Positions 1-9,830 of a stretch of DNA of 64,000 nt are shown here, in pieces (position 1 is the first letter of the stretch; every line of letters begins with the position of its first letter). Made by a program: the position numbers and the translations under genes. The notes beneath the pieces were generated by a model that was given only the letters and a program-made list of their open reading frames with translations, was not told where the DNA came from and searched no databases. Location: contig CBDFKD010000002.1 of NCBI GenBank assembly GCA_965248695.1, positions 3,136,001-3,200,000 of the forward strand, written 5' to 3'. Source of the DNA: Acidobacteriota bacterium (GTDB lineage: Bacteria; Acidobacteriota; UBA890; WLXD01).

Positions 1-1
1 C

Positions 2-154
2 CTGCGCGCGCATCTGGCCGCCAACATCTGGGGTCTCGAGGCCGGTCGTATTGTCCTGCTGGAGTACGACGGGCAGGTGCAGCAGTCGCTCGGCCTGGTG
101 CCGCAGGCTGCCGACCTCATGGATCTCAGGCCTCAGGTGGCCGCCGGCTTCTAG
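2..154 (+). CDS. 3' end of a gene entering the window, possibly an S41 (CtpA-like) peptidase tail
   Basis: Open frame ...LRAHLAANIWGLEAGRIVLLEYDGQVQQSLGLV...AAGF ends in TAG at 152-154; resembles the C-terminal tail of carboxy-terminal proteases. Partial only. Confidence 0.4.
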   Translation: MRAHLAANIWGLEAGRIVLLEYDGQVQQSLGLVPQAADLMDLRPQVAAGF

Positions 155-759
155 CAGGGTGCTGAAGAACTCCGGTGAGTCTGGTTACGGCGGCGCCACC
201 AGCGCGCCCATAGCAGGAACGGGCCCACGAGCACGAGCTCACGCCCCATCGCGCGCGCGTTGTGCATGGACAACAAGCTGCGCACGAACTCGCTCGCCGA
301 GGCCGGACCGCTGACCTTGTCGGCGCGATCGAACAACGGGTACAGCTGCACCCAGGCGTCGGACAGGGGCCACAGCATCTGCTCGCCCGCCGGCGGGCTC
401 GGGTCGGTTGTGAACGCGTCCAGCAGCACATGCGAGGCGAGCAGCACGGCGACGATGAATGCCGTTTGATACGGCCCTCTCAGTCGGTGCCCGCGGAGTC
501 TCCACTCCCAGCCGCGGGTCAGCCAGGCCAGCCAACCGAACAGCAGCCCAACCCCGAGCGCGGTGATCAGCGAGTGGCTCGCGCCACGGTGGAATCGGTT
601 AGGGTCGCCAATCAACAGACCCGGCAAGAGGTCGAGATCGGGGGCGTTGGCGACGCTGATCGCGATCACCAGGCGACGCCACCCGCCGCTCCCACCGTCC
701 TGGTCGAATGCGGTGTAGACGGCCGCCCCGGCCAGGCTATGGCTGATGGGCAGCGGCAC
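151..759 (-). CDS. Membrane-bound metal-dependent hydrolase (YdjM-like)
   Basis: Motifs SHSL, APDLD, HRGASHS, SHVLLD, LWP and hydrophobic helices. Confidence 0.85.
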   Translation of the reverse strand: MPLPISHSLAGAAVYTAFDQDGGSGGWRRLVIAISVANAPDLDLLPGLLIGDPNRFHRGASHSLITALGVGLLFGWLAWLTRGWEWRLRGHRLRGPYQTAFIVAVLLASHVLLDAFTTDPSPPAGEQMLWPLSDAWVQLYPLFDRADKVSGPASASEFVRSLLSMHNARAMGRELVLVGPFLLWARWWRRRNQTHRSSSAPC

Positions 760-897
760 GGTCTCGAGTCCGGTTCTTGCCCGCGGCAGTGGCGCTCGTT
801 AGCATTGTCGAGGCTCGGCTGAGATGCGCTCGGTCGTCGTCAATGATCTCATAGCAGACAGTCGGACAGCCGCCGCGCTTCCTTCCCCCTCCGGGCC

Positions 898-2778
898 TTG
901 GTACGCATCGTGAACCGGCTCCGTTTCGTTGCCGTCCTGGCGCTCGCGCTCAGCGGGAGCGTGGCCTGGCGCACGCCGGGGCTGGCTCCCCCCCCTGCGA
1001 CAGCTCCGTTAGCCTCGTCGATTCCTGCGGCCTCCACGATGCTCGGATTTCGGCCGGCCGTGGTAGTCGACCCGGTACGGGCCATGGCCTGGACCGCGCG
1101 CCGCGGCGAAGGCTCGCGCGTCGTGGCCGCGGTACCTGCCGACGCTCCACCGCGCACCGTGGGTCCGGCCTACGCCGGCGACGACGGAGCCCCGGCGATG
1201 GTATCGACAGGCACCGGCCTGCTGCTGGTAGCCGCGCGACGCAATGGCAACGGCAGCAACTTGTGGAGCCGCCAGTGGGAATCCGGGGCCTGGCGCCAGG
1301 CGGGCCGGATGCCGAGCGCCGGTCGAGAGAATCACCATCCGGCGGTGGCCGCCGACAACAACCTCGCATGGGTGGTCTGGGTGTCCGGAGAGACTGCCGC
1401 ACCGCAGGCCGGCGATCCTCTTTTCGTGGCCCGTTGGAACGGTCGGGAATGGTCCGACCCGGAGAGCTTGCCGGCCGCACCGGGCGAACCGATGGCACCG
1501 GTGATCGCACTCGACCGGAATGGACGACCGGCGGTGGTCTGGGCGGCGGGTGACGGCAACGACGCCGAGGTGTGGATCTCGCGCCGAACCGGCGCGGGCC
1601 GCTGGAGCGTGCCGGTCGCCCTCAGCGACAACGACGTTCCGGACATCCAGCCGTCGATCGCGCGCACCGGAGCCGGGAGCCTGCTGGTGGCCTGGTCAAC
1701 CTACACGCCCGGGGGCTACCAGGTAAGCGCTAGCTCCGAGCGCGGCAGCACGTTCCGGAGCAGACGAACCGTAGCGCCGGCGCCGGCGAGCAGCCCCATG
1801 GTGATCGGCGGAAGCTACGGAGAAGTGCTCTGGTCACGACCGCGGCCGGATGGCGGGTCACGATTGCGGAGCGTCAGCCTCGGGGGAAGAGGGTCGCGTC
1901 AACGCCGCGATCTCTTGACGATTTACAACAGCCGCTACGATGTCGCACTGGGCACCGACGGAGCGGTGATGGCCGCCTGGCAATCGCCCGACGGACTGCG
2001 TGCCGCCAGCGGATCGACCGACTCTGGCGGGCGCGTGTGGATCCGGGCTGCGCCAGCCGACCCGGCAACACCGGTAACCGCAAGCCTCAGCGTCCCCGGG
2101 GGTCTCTCGCTGCCGGGTACCTGGCGTGGGTTCGGAGACAGCATCACGCTCGGAGTCGAGGTCGACGAGAACCTCTTCGAGACGCCGGTTGACGGCTACA
2201 CCGTGCCACTGAGCAGCCATCTGTCCGAGTTTACCAACCACTCAATCGTGGTGATCAACAGCGGCGTCGGTGGCGAGGACACCGCCGCCGGACTCGGACG
2301 CCTCGCCGGTTTGATGGCCACCGCCCCGAAGCAGTACGTGCTCATCTTGTCGGGCGCCAACGACATCGCCGTGCTAGTCGACACGGCCACCATCATCCAG
2401 AACCTCACCGGCATGGTTCGGCAGGTACGACTGGCGGGCTGCTTGCCGCTCCTCGGAACGCTGACCCCGCGCCGCGAGGGTGGCTTCGTGAGCGGCCTCA
2501 ACGACCGCATCAACGAGATCAACGCGAGCCTGCTAGGAATCGCCACCTTCGAAGGCGCCCTCTTTGTTGATCTGCATGCGTCGCTCATCAACCATCCGGA
2601 CTTCTATTCCGACCTCATTCACCCGAATCAGGCCGGCTACGACGCGCTGGCAGAAGGATGGTTCCGCAGCATCGCTCCGTTGCTGACGCGGTTGTTCGAG
2701 AAAGAGGACACCGAGCGCGATGTCGATCGGGCGCGATTGTTCGAGCCGCGAGCGCGATCCGTCCACGGCCAGCAGTGA
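898..2778 (+). CDS. Exported protein with N-terminal beta-propeller-like repeats and C-terminal SGNH/GDSL hydrolase
   Basis: Signal peptide; repeated HPAVA/APVIA/QPSIA...VVW units; SGNH blocks FGDSIT, NSGVGG, GAND, DLIHPN. Confidence 0.8.
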   Translation: MVRIVNRLRFVAVLALALSGSVAWRTPGLAPPPATAPLASSIPAASTMLGFRPAVVVDPVRAMAWTARRGEGSRVVAAVPADAPPRTVGPAYAGDDGAPAMVSTGTGLLLVAARRNGNGSNLWSRQWESGAWRQAGRMPSAGRENHHPAVAADNNLAWVVWVSGETAAPQAGDPLFVARWNGREWSDPESLPAAPGEPMAPVIALDRNGRPAVVWAAGDGNDAEVWISRRTGAGRWSVPVALSDNDVPDIQPSIARTGAGSLLVAWSTYTPGGYQVSASSERGSTFRSRRTVAPAPASSPMVIGGSYGEVLWSRPRPDGGSRLRSVSLGGRGSRQRRDLLTIYNSRYDVALGTDGAVMAAWQSPDGLRAASGSTDSGGRVWIRAAPADPATPVTASLSVPGGLSLPGTWRGFGDSITLGVEVDENLFETPVDGYTVPLSSHLSEFTNHSIVVINSGVGGEDTAAGLGRLAGLMATAPKQYVLILSGANDIAVLVDTATIIQNLTGMVRQVRLAGCLPLLGTLTPRREGGFVSGLNDRINEINASLLGIATFEGALFVDLHASLINHPDFYSDLIHPNQAGYDALAEGWFRSIAPLLTRLFEKEDTERDVDRARLFEPRARSVHGQQ

Positions 2779-4202
2779 GTGGCGCGGACCGCATCGATCG
2801 CCGCCGTTTCGTACTGGGAGCACTCGGAAGCGCGTCGCTGCTTCACCGGCCGCGGGCCAAACGACAAGCGCGTGCAGCGACTCGGTGGCACTGGCCGCTC
2901 GACCTCGACGGTGACGGTGTCATCTCGGCGGCCGACCGCGCGTTGCTCGCCGGCCTTCAAGAATCGACCCGCGGCAGCCGACTACGTCCGCGCGGCGCGT
3001 GGGACACACGCCTCGATTTTCTCGCCCGTGGCCGCATCGGCGCCGATCAACTACGCCTATACGACAGCTTGCGTCCGACACTCGGGACGCGGCTTTCGCC
3101 CCGACCCATCGTGGCGTGCTGGCACTACGGCTGGTACCGGCCGGGCCGCCGGCGGGGCGAGCCGCCCACGATCCGTTACCTGGGTGGCAGCTACCTGTCG
3201 CGCGATCGGCGCACCGAAGAGGAGTTCAATGCCCTCAAGGAAGAGTTCGGCATCAGCGCCGATCTGTTGTCGTGGACCGACGAGCGCCTGTTGTTGCAAA
3301 CGTACGAGCGCGCCTACTTCGGTGCTTCGAACCACGACCGACGGCAATTCGGATTGCTCTACGAGAGCAACATCAGCCTCGGTACCACGAAACGAATCGA
3401 CCTGGCGCCGGACAAGCCGGCGTTCGACAAGCTGGTGCGGGACTTCCGACGCATGGGTAGTTGGCTGGCGGATCTCGGCAGTGACCGGTTGCTACGATTC
3501 GACGGGCGGCCGGTGGTCTTCGTTTTCGGATCCCATACGTTCGGGCCCGAGCGGCGCGACCTGCCGCACGTTGGCAGCGCGCTCGAACAAGCCCGCAGTG
3601 CCTTCGCCGAGGCGTTCGGCACCGCGCCTTGGCTGATCGGGGATGAGGCGCTCTTCCCTGCCGATCCGGGGGTCGGGCCTGATCGCCTGTTTCGTGCCGC
3701 CTATTTCGATGCGGTATCGCGCTACCACCACTACGACGCCGGTCAGATACGAGCCCTCGGGAACGGCCGCGCCGTGCGACTCGACGCCGCTCATCGCAGG
3801 CGACTGGTAGCCAACGAAGCTCGCACGATGGCGGGGTACCGTTCGGTGCGCAACCACTACAGCCGCCGGCCGCTGCTGGTGGTCCCGTCGAGCGCGGCGG
3901 GCTTCGCCAAGGCAAAGCTGCCTTCGCTGGTTGCCAGCCGCGACGACTACAGCGCACTGCTGGCGGCAATGCAGCAACTCACCGACGATCACCTCGCGGA
4001 TCGACACGCCAAGCAGGTCGGCACGGCGACGATTCCCGCGCCGCTGGTGATCGCCGGCTCCTGGAATGAAGAGTTCGAGGGGCACGCGCTCATGCCGGCG
4101 GCGTCGAACCGCGCGCTGATCGAGAAGCGCGACGGCGGTTTCGACTGGCTGCAGGCGCTCAAGTCGATCTATGGCTCGGATAGTCGGGCCGGGCGAAGCT
4201 AG
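2775..4202 (+). CDS. Tat-exported GH99/GH71-like glycoside hydrolase with EF-hand/dockerin-like motif
   Basis: GTG overlaps upstream stop (GTGA); RRRFVLG twin-Arg leader; DLDGDGVISAAD; WHYGWY, DGRPVVFVF and SWNEEFEG resemble GH99-type motifs. Confidence 0.6.
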   Translation: MSGADRIDRRRFVLGALGSASLLHRPRAKRQARAATRWHWPLDLDGDGVISAADRALLAGLQESTRGSRLRPRGAWDTRLDFLARGRIGADQLRLYDSLRPTLGTRLSPRPIVACWHYGWYRPGRRRGEPPTIRYLGGSYLSRDRRTEEEFNALKEEFGISADLLSWTDERLLLQTYERAYFGASNHDRRQFGLLYESNISLGTTKRIDLAPDKPAFDKLVRDFRRMGSWLADLGSDRLLRFDGRPVVFVFGSHTFGPERRDLPHVGSALEQARSAFAEAFGTAPWLIGDEALFPADPGVGPDRLFRAAYFDAVSRYHHYDAGQIRALGNGRAVRLDAAHRRRLVANEARTMAGYRSVRNHYSRRPLLVVPSSAAGFAKAKLPSLVASRDDYSALLAAMQQLTDDHLADRHAKQVGTATIPAPLVIAGSWNEEFEGHALMPAASNRALIEKRDGGFDWLQALKSIYGSDSRAGRS

Positions 4203-4215
4203 TAAACTGCGCGCC

Positions 4216-4503
4216 ATGGCAGGACCGGAGCGTATCCAACGCGTCGCCGAGCTCGCTCGGCTCGAGCTTTCGGCCGCCGAGTGCGAACAGCTGGCGCCAC
4301 AGATCGACAGCATCCTCGCCTACGTCGATCAGCTTCGGCAGATCGACGTAACCGAGGTCGCACACACCCGCAACCTGCGAGAAGACGCGGACGTGCGACG
4401 CGCCGACGAGGCCCGGCCCTCGTTGCCCCGCGAGCGCACCTTCGAGGGTGCCCCCGAGATTGTCGACGAGCAGTTCGCCCTGCCGCGCGTGATCCCGGGG
4501 TAG
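4216..4503 (+). CDS. gatC: Asp-tRNA(Asn)/Glu-tRNA(Gln) amidotransferase subunit C
   Basis: VAELARLEL...ILAYVDQL...RADE...FALPRVI; directly upstream of gatA. Confidence 0.93.
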   Translation: MAGPERIQRVAELARLELSAAECEQLAPQIDSILAYVDQLRQIDVTEVAHTRNLREDADVRRADEARPSLPRERTFEGAPEIVDEQFALPRVIPG

Positions 4504-4517
4504 GCGGTGGTACGCAG

Positions 4518-5954
4518 ATGAGCGGCGAGCTCGGGGATCTCTCGGTGACGGCGACGGTGGACGGGGTCCAGCGCGGCACGATCAGCGCCCTGGATCGTGT
4601 CGACTCGGCGCTCGATCGTATCGCGGAGCGCAACTCGACCGTGCACGCGTTCCTCGAAGTATGGCCGGAGGAGGCGCGCGACGCCGCCCGCACGATCGAC
4701 ACCAGCTCCGAGAAGCAAGACCTGCCGCTCGCCGGGGTTCCGGTGGCGCTCAAGGACAATCTCTGTCTCCAGGGTCACATCGCGTCGGCCGGCTCCAGAA
4801 TCCTCCGCGACTGGGTATCGCCCTATTCGGCAACCGCCGTGCAACGACTGCTCGACGCCGGCGCCATTCCGGTCGGGCGCGCCAACATGGATGAATTCGC
4901 CATGGGCTCGTCGACGGAGAACTCCTCCGTCGGACCGACCGATAACCCGGTGGCGCCTGGCCGGGTTCCGGGGGGCAGCAGCGGCGGGCCGGCAGCAGCC
5001 GTCGCCGCCGGCATGGTTCCGGCAGCGCTGGGCTCCGACACCGGCGGCTCGGTACGCCAGCCAGCCTCGTTTTGCGGCATCGTCGGGCTCAAGCCGACGT
5101 ACGGTCGGGTCTCGCGCTACGGTCTCATCGCCTTCGCTTCGTCGCTCGATCAGATCGGCCCGCTGTGCACCGATGTCGGCGACACCGCCCACGTGCTCAA
5201 GGCGATCGCCGGACACGATCACTGCGACGCCACTAGCCTCGACAGTCCGGTCGACGACTACCCGACGCTGCTGTCGGATGCGGCCACACCGGTGCGCCTC
5301 GGAGTCGCCTCCGACTGGCGCGGCGAAGGAATCGACGTAGAGGTCGCCGGCCGCTTCGAAGCCACCCTCCAAACGCTATCAAACCAGGGCGTCGAGATAG
5401 AGACCATCGAGCTTCCGCACGCCGCCTACGCCGTGGCGACCTACTACGTCATCGCCACTGCCGAGGCGAGCTCGAACCTGGCACGCTACGACGGCGTGCG
5501 CTATGGGCATCGCGCCGACGCCGACGACCCGATCGAGATGCTGCGCCGGAGCCGCAGCGAGGGGTTCGGCGCCGAGGTCAAGCGACGCATCCTGCTCGGC
5601 ACCTTCGTGTTGTCGGCCGGCTATCACGACGAGTACTACGGTCGCGCCCAGCGCGTGCGCACGCTCGTGTGCCGCGACTTCGACGCCGCCTTCGCCAACG
5701 TCGACGCCATCATCGGCCCTACAAGCCCGACGGTGGCCTTCGAGCTCGGCGAGCGCACCGCCGATCCGCTGGCCATGTACTTGAGCGATATCTACACCGT
5801 GCCGGCGAGCCTCGCCGGGCTGCCGGCGATTTCCGTCCCTGCTGCCGGCGATGGCGATGCCCTGCCCGTCGGCATCCAGCTGGTCGGACCGCAGCTGTCC
5901 GAAGCGCGGCTGCTGCAGATCGCGCACCGGGTCGAAACCGCCCTCCGTAGCTGA
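4518..5954 (+). CDS. gatA: Asp-tRNA(Asn)/Glu-tRNA(Gln) amidotransferase subunit A
   Basis: Amidase signature GGSSGG, GSDTGGSVRQPA; GatA-specific SSNLARYDGVRYG and EVKRRILLGT. Confidence 0.96.
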   Translation: MSGELGDLSVTATVDGVQRGTISALDRVDSALDRIAERNSTVHAFLEVWPEEARDAARTIDTSSEKQDLPLAGVPVALKDNLCLQGHIASAGSRILRDWVSPYSATAVQRLLDAGAIPVGRANMDEFAMGSSTENSSVGPTDNPVAPGRVPGGSSGGPAAAVAAGMVPAALGSDTGGSVRQPASFCGIVGLKPTYGRVSRYGLIAFASSLDQIGPLCTDVGDTAHVLKAIAGHDHCDATSLDSPVDDYPTLLSDAATPVRLGVASDWRGEGIDVEVAGRFEATLQTLSNQGVEIETIELPHAAYAVATYYVIATAEASSNLARYDGVRYGHRADADDPIEMLRRSRSEGFGAEVKRRILLGTFVLSAGYHDEYYGRAQRVRTLVCRDFDAAFANVDAIIGPTSPTVAFELGERTADPLAMYLSDIYTVPASLAGLPAISVPAAGDGDALPVGIQLVGPQLSEARLLQIAHRVETALRS

Positions 5955-6044
5955 TCGGCTCCGGGACCATCGCCTCCTCCTCTCTCCTGGCCTGCGCCTC
6001 GCAAAACCCTGTCGCCAGACCCACCACACTTTCACCACAGCCTG

Positions 6045-6842
6045 CTAGATCCCGAAGAACGTGCGGCAGTTGGCAGCGGTGATCGTGGCGACCTCCTCTG
6101 GGTCGACGCCATGAATCGTCGCCAGGCATGCGGCCACCGCACCAACGAACGCCGGCTCGTTGCGCCTGCCGCGGTGCGGCACCGGCGCAAGATAGGGGGC
6201 GTCGGTCTCGATCAGCGTGCGCTCCAGCGGCACCACAGCGGCGCTGCGCCGAACCGGCTCGGCGTTGGGGAAGGTCACGATACCCGAGAACGAGACGTAG
6301 AAACCGGCATCGACGGCCGCCGCAGCCATCGCTTCGCTCTCTGTAAAGCAGTGGATGACGCCGCCCAGGCGTGACTTCTCCGGATCCCCATCGGCGCCCG
6401 CATCGAGAATCATCGCCACCACGTCGTCCTCGGCCTCGCGACTGTGCACCACCACCGGCAGCTGGCGCTCCACCGCCCACTGGAGTTGCTCGCCGAACAG
6501 GTCGCGCTGCTCGTCGGGTGGCATGTCGTAGTGGTAGTCGAGACCGATCTCGCCCACCGCGACGATGCGCGGTCGGGTCAGCAACTGTTGCACCTCGGCT
6601 CGGGCGCTCGCGTGCGCCTCGGCTACGTTGTGCGGTGCGAAGCCCACGGTGCCGTACAGCGCCGGTGACGCTACCGGAGGACGGACGGCCACCAGCTCTG
6701 CCACCTGATGGCTCGACTCGAGGTTGTAGCCGATCACCACCACAGCCTCGACGCCAGCCGCTGCGGCGCGCCGCAGCGTCTCGTCGCGGTCCTCGTCGAA
6801 GCGCTCATCCGTCAAGTGAGCGTGCGAATCGATGAGCTTCAA
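6045..6842 (-). CDS. tatD: TatD family hydrolase/DNase
   Basis: IDSHAH, AVGEIGLDY, VHSREA, IHCF, ETDAPYLAP; TTG start overlaps upstream stop. Confidence 0.92.
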   Translation of the reverse strand: MKLIDSHAHLTDERFDEDRDETLRRAAAAGVEAVVVIGYNLESSHQVAELVAVRPPVASPALYGTVGFAPHNVAEAHASARAEVQQLLTRPRIVAVGEIGLDYHYDMPPDEQRDLFGEQLQWAVERQLPVVVHSREAEDDVVAMILDAGADGDPEKSRLGGVIHCFTESEAMAAAAVDAGFYVSFSGIVTFPNAEPVRRSAAVVPLERTLIETDAPYLAPVPHRGRRNEPAFVGAVAACLATIHGVDPEEVATITAANCRTFFGI

Positions 6843-7159
6843 CGCACCCGTTGCCCGGCCGGCATCCAACCATCGAACGTCGCCAGCATCGGGCTGCCAT
6901 CGACGTCGGCGGCCAGCACCATGCCCTGCGATTCGACACCACGAATCGTCGCTGGCTCGAGGTTGGCCACGACGATGATCTTCTTGCCCGGCAGCTCGGC
7001 AGCGTCGTACACCGCGGCGATCCCGGCAACCAGGGTGCGTTTCTCGTCGCCCAGGTCGACGGTGAGCTTCAGCAGCTTGTCCGTATTCGGAACGCGCTCG
7101 GCGGTCTCGATACGGGCGGTCCGTAGCTCGATTTCCATGAAGTCCTTGATCGAGATCAT
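6839..7159 (-). CDS. Stand-alone tRNA-binding OB-fold protein (MetG C-terminal/Trbp111/CsaA-like)
   Basis: ISIKDF...DKLLKLTVDLG...VANLEPATIRGVESQGMVLAA. Confidence 0.88.
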   Translation of the reverse strand: MISIKDFMEIELRTARIETAERVPNTDKLLKLTVDLGDEKRTLVAGIAAVYDAAELPGKKIIVVANLEPATIRGVESQGMVLAADVDGSPMLATFDGWMPAGQRVR

Positions 7160-7280
7160 TGGCGTTCCTACTCGCTGTTCCGAATTGAGGTGGCTCGGTT
7201 TCTCACGGCAGACACGGCGGCGCTCCTTGAAGCAGGCGAGAACCCGCCGCGCCGACAACCGGGTAATTGTGGAACAAATC

Positions 7281-7295
7281 GTTACAGGCCACTAG
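7281..7295 (-). repeat. Solo copy of the MITE terminal sequence (GTTACAGGCCACTAG) overlapping the radC stop codon
   Basis: Reverse complement CTAGTGGCCTGTAAC is identical to 40319-40333. Confidence 0.6.
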
Positions 7296-8026
7296 AGCAG
7301 CCCGCGCTCCCGGAAGCTCACGAAACCCTCGGCGCCGACCACGAGGTGATCGAGCACGCGGATGCCCAGCATCTCGCCGGCCTCGAGGAGTTGCCGCGTG
7401 ATGCCGACGTCCTCTCGACTTGGCGTCGGATCGCCCGAGGGGTGGTTGTGGAACAACACGAGCGCCGGCGCAGCGGCCAGCAGGCTGTGTCGAAAGACCT
7501 CGCGGGGTCGGACGACGCTGGCGCTCCAGCCGCCTCGCGACAGGACGCGCTCGCGCAGGTAACGGTTGCGACCGTCCAGCAGCACCACACCGAAGCACTC
7601 GGCGCGCTCGGCGCCGTAGCGCAGCATCAGGTGACGTCCGAGCTCGCGTGGACGGCGGATGACGTGGCCCCGGGCCGGCGCCGGCCCCGCCAGCCGGCGC
7701 GCCATCTCGAACAGCGCCGCCAGCCGCGCCGCCGAGGCCACCCCTACCCCGGGCTCCGCCCGCCACTCCTGCGGTTCCCGGCGAGCGAGCTCCCGAAGGC
7801 CCCCATCGCGCAGCAGCGACCGCGCCACTACGGCGCCAGATCGACCCCGGTAGCCGTGCCCGATGACCAGCGTCAGCAACTCGGCGTCGCTCAGCGACCG
7901 CGCCCCGAGCTCGTCAAGGCGTTCTCGTGGACGATCGGCGGGACCCAACACGGTCCTGTCGCCCGGTGCATCAAGCTCCCGACGCCAGTCTCCCTGAGAC
8001 CCGGTGTCCTCGGGCCCCGATTCCAC
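7292..8026 (-). CDS. radC: RadC/UPF0758 JAB-domain protein
   Basis: RPRERL...LSDAELL; PREVF; HNHPSGDPTPSRED; LDHLVV. Start approximate. Confidence 0.92.
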   Translation of the reverse strand: MESGPEDTGSQGDWRRELDAPGDRTVLGPADRPRERLDELGARSLSDAELLTLVIGHGYRGRSGAVVARSLLRDGGLRELARREPQEWRAEPGVGVASAARLAALFEMARRLAGPAPARGHVIRRPRELGRHLMLRYGAERAECFGVVLLDGRNRYLRERVLSRGGWSASVVRPREVFRHSLLAAAPALVLFHNHPSGDPTPSREDVGITRQLLEAGEMLGIRVLDHLVVGAEGFVSFRERGLL

Positions 8027-8229
8027 CTTTGATAGAATTCCTCCAGCGTGCGACCTGTCCGTTGCGATGATGGCCCCCGCGCGGTTTGCCGTCGGGTCCG
8101 CCCGGCCCGGGATCGCTTCCTGGCGGTTATCGTCCACTAGACGGGCGCTGTGGCCTGCGATCCGGCGCAAACGCAGGTTTCATCGACTTTCTTCGCCTCT
8201 CCGACGTCCCATTCTTTGGAGACACGAGA

Positions 8230-8847
8230 ATGGTAAGGGCCTCTGGAACACAAATGGCAGAAGCGCCCGTAGCTCCCAGTGACGAACAACTCGTGGCCCG
8301 ATCTGTCGGCGGCGACGTCGGGGCGTTCAACGAGCTCGTGGTGCGCTGGGAGGGGCCACTGTACAAGTTCGTCTACCGCTATATGGGCGACGGCGAGGAG
8401 GCGCGCGACGTCTGCCAGGAAGCGTTCCTGCGCGCCTATTCGAACCTTGACCGATTTCGCAGCAAGGCGAAGTTCTCGTCGTGGCTGTACCAGATCGCGC
8501 TCAATCAGTGCCGCAGTCAGTTTCGCCGCAAGCAGTCGCGGCCGACGGTGGCGCTGGACGACGACGACAACCAGCACCAGTTGCGGCTGGTACAGGACTC
8601 CGCCGAGGCGCCGGATCGTGAGGCCATGGGACGGCAGCGCTCGAAAGTACTCGCGGCCGCCGTCGCGCAGCTACCCGATTCGCAGCGCGAAGTGATACTT
8701 CTCAAGCAGTACCACGGGCTGAAATTCCGCGAGATCGCGGAAATGCTCGGAACACCTGAAAGCACAGTGAAGTCCCGCCTCTACCACGGCCTCGAAACAC
8801 TGGCCAAGAGCCTGGGGCACTTGAAGACCGAGGGGTTGGAGATATGA
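8230..8847 (+). CDS. ECF sigma-70 family RNA polymerase sigma factor
   Basis: ARDVCQEAFLRAY, FSSWLYQIALN, region 4 EIAEMLGTPESTVKSRL. Confidence 0.95.
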   Translation: MVRASGTQMAEAPVAPSDEQLVARSVGGDVGAFNELVVRWEGPLYKFVYRYMGDGEEARDVCQEAFLRAYSNLDRFRSKAKFSSWLYQIALNQCRSQFRRKQSRPTVALDDDDNQHQLRLVQDSAEAPDREAMGRQRSKVLAAAVAQLPDSQREVILLKQYHGLKFREIAEMLGTPESTVKSRLYHGLETLAKSLGHLKTEGLEI

Positions 8848-9830
8848 GCGGCGAGCACAAGGACCTACAGGAGCTACTGGTCGAGCTCGAGTACGGCGAG
8901 CTCGATGCGGCGGATCGCGACGCAGCGCAGGCACGGATCGACGAGCATCCCGAGCTCGTGCGCATGCAGCAAGCGTTCCGCGCCGTGCGCGAGGATCTGT
9001 CGACCTGGGACGAGATCGAGGGGCAGCCGGCACGCATCGCCTTCGTGACCATGCCCGGCGAAGGGCGCAGCAGCGCCGGTACGACGTTCGGCGCCGGCAG
9101 CACATTCGGCTGGATGAAAGGCGCCGCCATGGCGGCCAGCTTCGTGTTCGGTATCCTGCTCGCTGCGGCGTTCGCCAGCACCAGCCTGACGCGTACCGAG
9201 ACCGGCTGGACGCTCAGCACCGGGTTCTCGCGCGCCGCAGCAACATCGCCAGTCGCACCGTCGCCGGCGGAACGGTCGCCAGCGCAGCCAGGATCGGAGC
9301 CGACCGCCGCCAACTCGGTCGGCAATTCCGCTGGCCAGGCTTCACTCGGTCAGGTGCCTGTGGGCACCGTTCCGAGCGGCACAGTTCCGAGCGGCTCAGT
9401 TCCCTCCGGCCCGATTTCCAGCAGCCCAGTCGGCAACAGCCCTGTAATGGGCACCGTCTCCGGCGTCCGTACGGTCTCGGGCGGGCAGGCACAGCCGTTC
9501 CGTATGTCTCGCAGCCAGTTCGGCATCGACCCGATGCTGGGCGAGGTGCCCGGTGATCGCGAGCAGCAGCTTCGCGCCTTGGTGCGCGAGATGGTCACCG
9601 CCGCCGAACAACGCCAGCGCCTACAGATGGACAGCCTGCTGACCGACCTTTACCAGACCTTCGACACCCAGCGCACCAGCGACCTGAGCGTGGTGTTCGA
9701 CGAGCTGGGGCTGCTGCGCTCGTCCACCGGACTCGAGCTGCAGCGCACCAACGAGGTCATCGACTTCCTGGTCACGCGGATGGGCAACGACCTCGAGGTA
9801 CAGGTGCCGGAGCAACGCGATGACGACTGA
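8844..9830 (+). CDS. Putative membrane anti-sigma factor
   Basis: ATGA-coupled to the ECF sigma; N-terminal LLVELEYGELD anti-sigma-like helix bundle; one TM segment; low-complexity linker. Confidence 0.7.
   Translation: MSGEHKDLQELLVELEYGELDAADRDAAQARIDEHPELVRMQQAFRAVREDLSTWDEIEGQPARIAFVTMPGEGRSSAGTTFGAGSTFGWMKGAAMAASFVFGILLAAAFASTSLTRTETGWTLSTGFSRAAATSPVAPSPAERSPAQPGSEPTAANSVGNSAGQASLGQVPVGTVPSGTVPSGSVPSGPISSSPVGNSPVMGTVSGVRTVSGGQAQPFRMSRSQFGIDPMLGEVPGDREQQLRALVREMVTAAEQRQRLQMDSLLTDLYQTFDTQRTSDLSVVFDELGLLRSSTGLELQRTNEVIDFLVTRMGNDLEVQVPEQRDDD
9363..9407 (+). repeat. Intragenic 15-bp tandem repeat x3 (GTVPS/GSVPS)
   Basis: ggcaccgttccgagc ggcacagttccgagc ggctcagttccctcc. Confidence 0.8.

Noticed and set aside
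4216-5954. gatA as the amidase partner of the nitrile hydratase; absence of gatB
   Set aside because: GatA-specific motifs and adjacent gatC mark it as housekeeping; split gatCA/gatB is common.
7292-8026. radC as a mobile-element marker
   Set aside because: Full-length chromosomal type with N-terminal HhH-like region in a housekeeping context.
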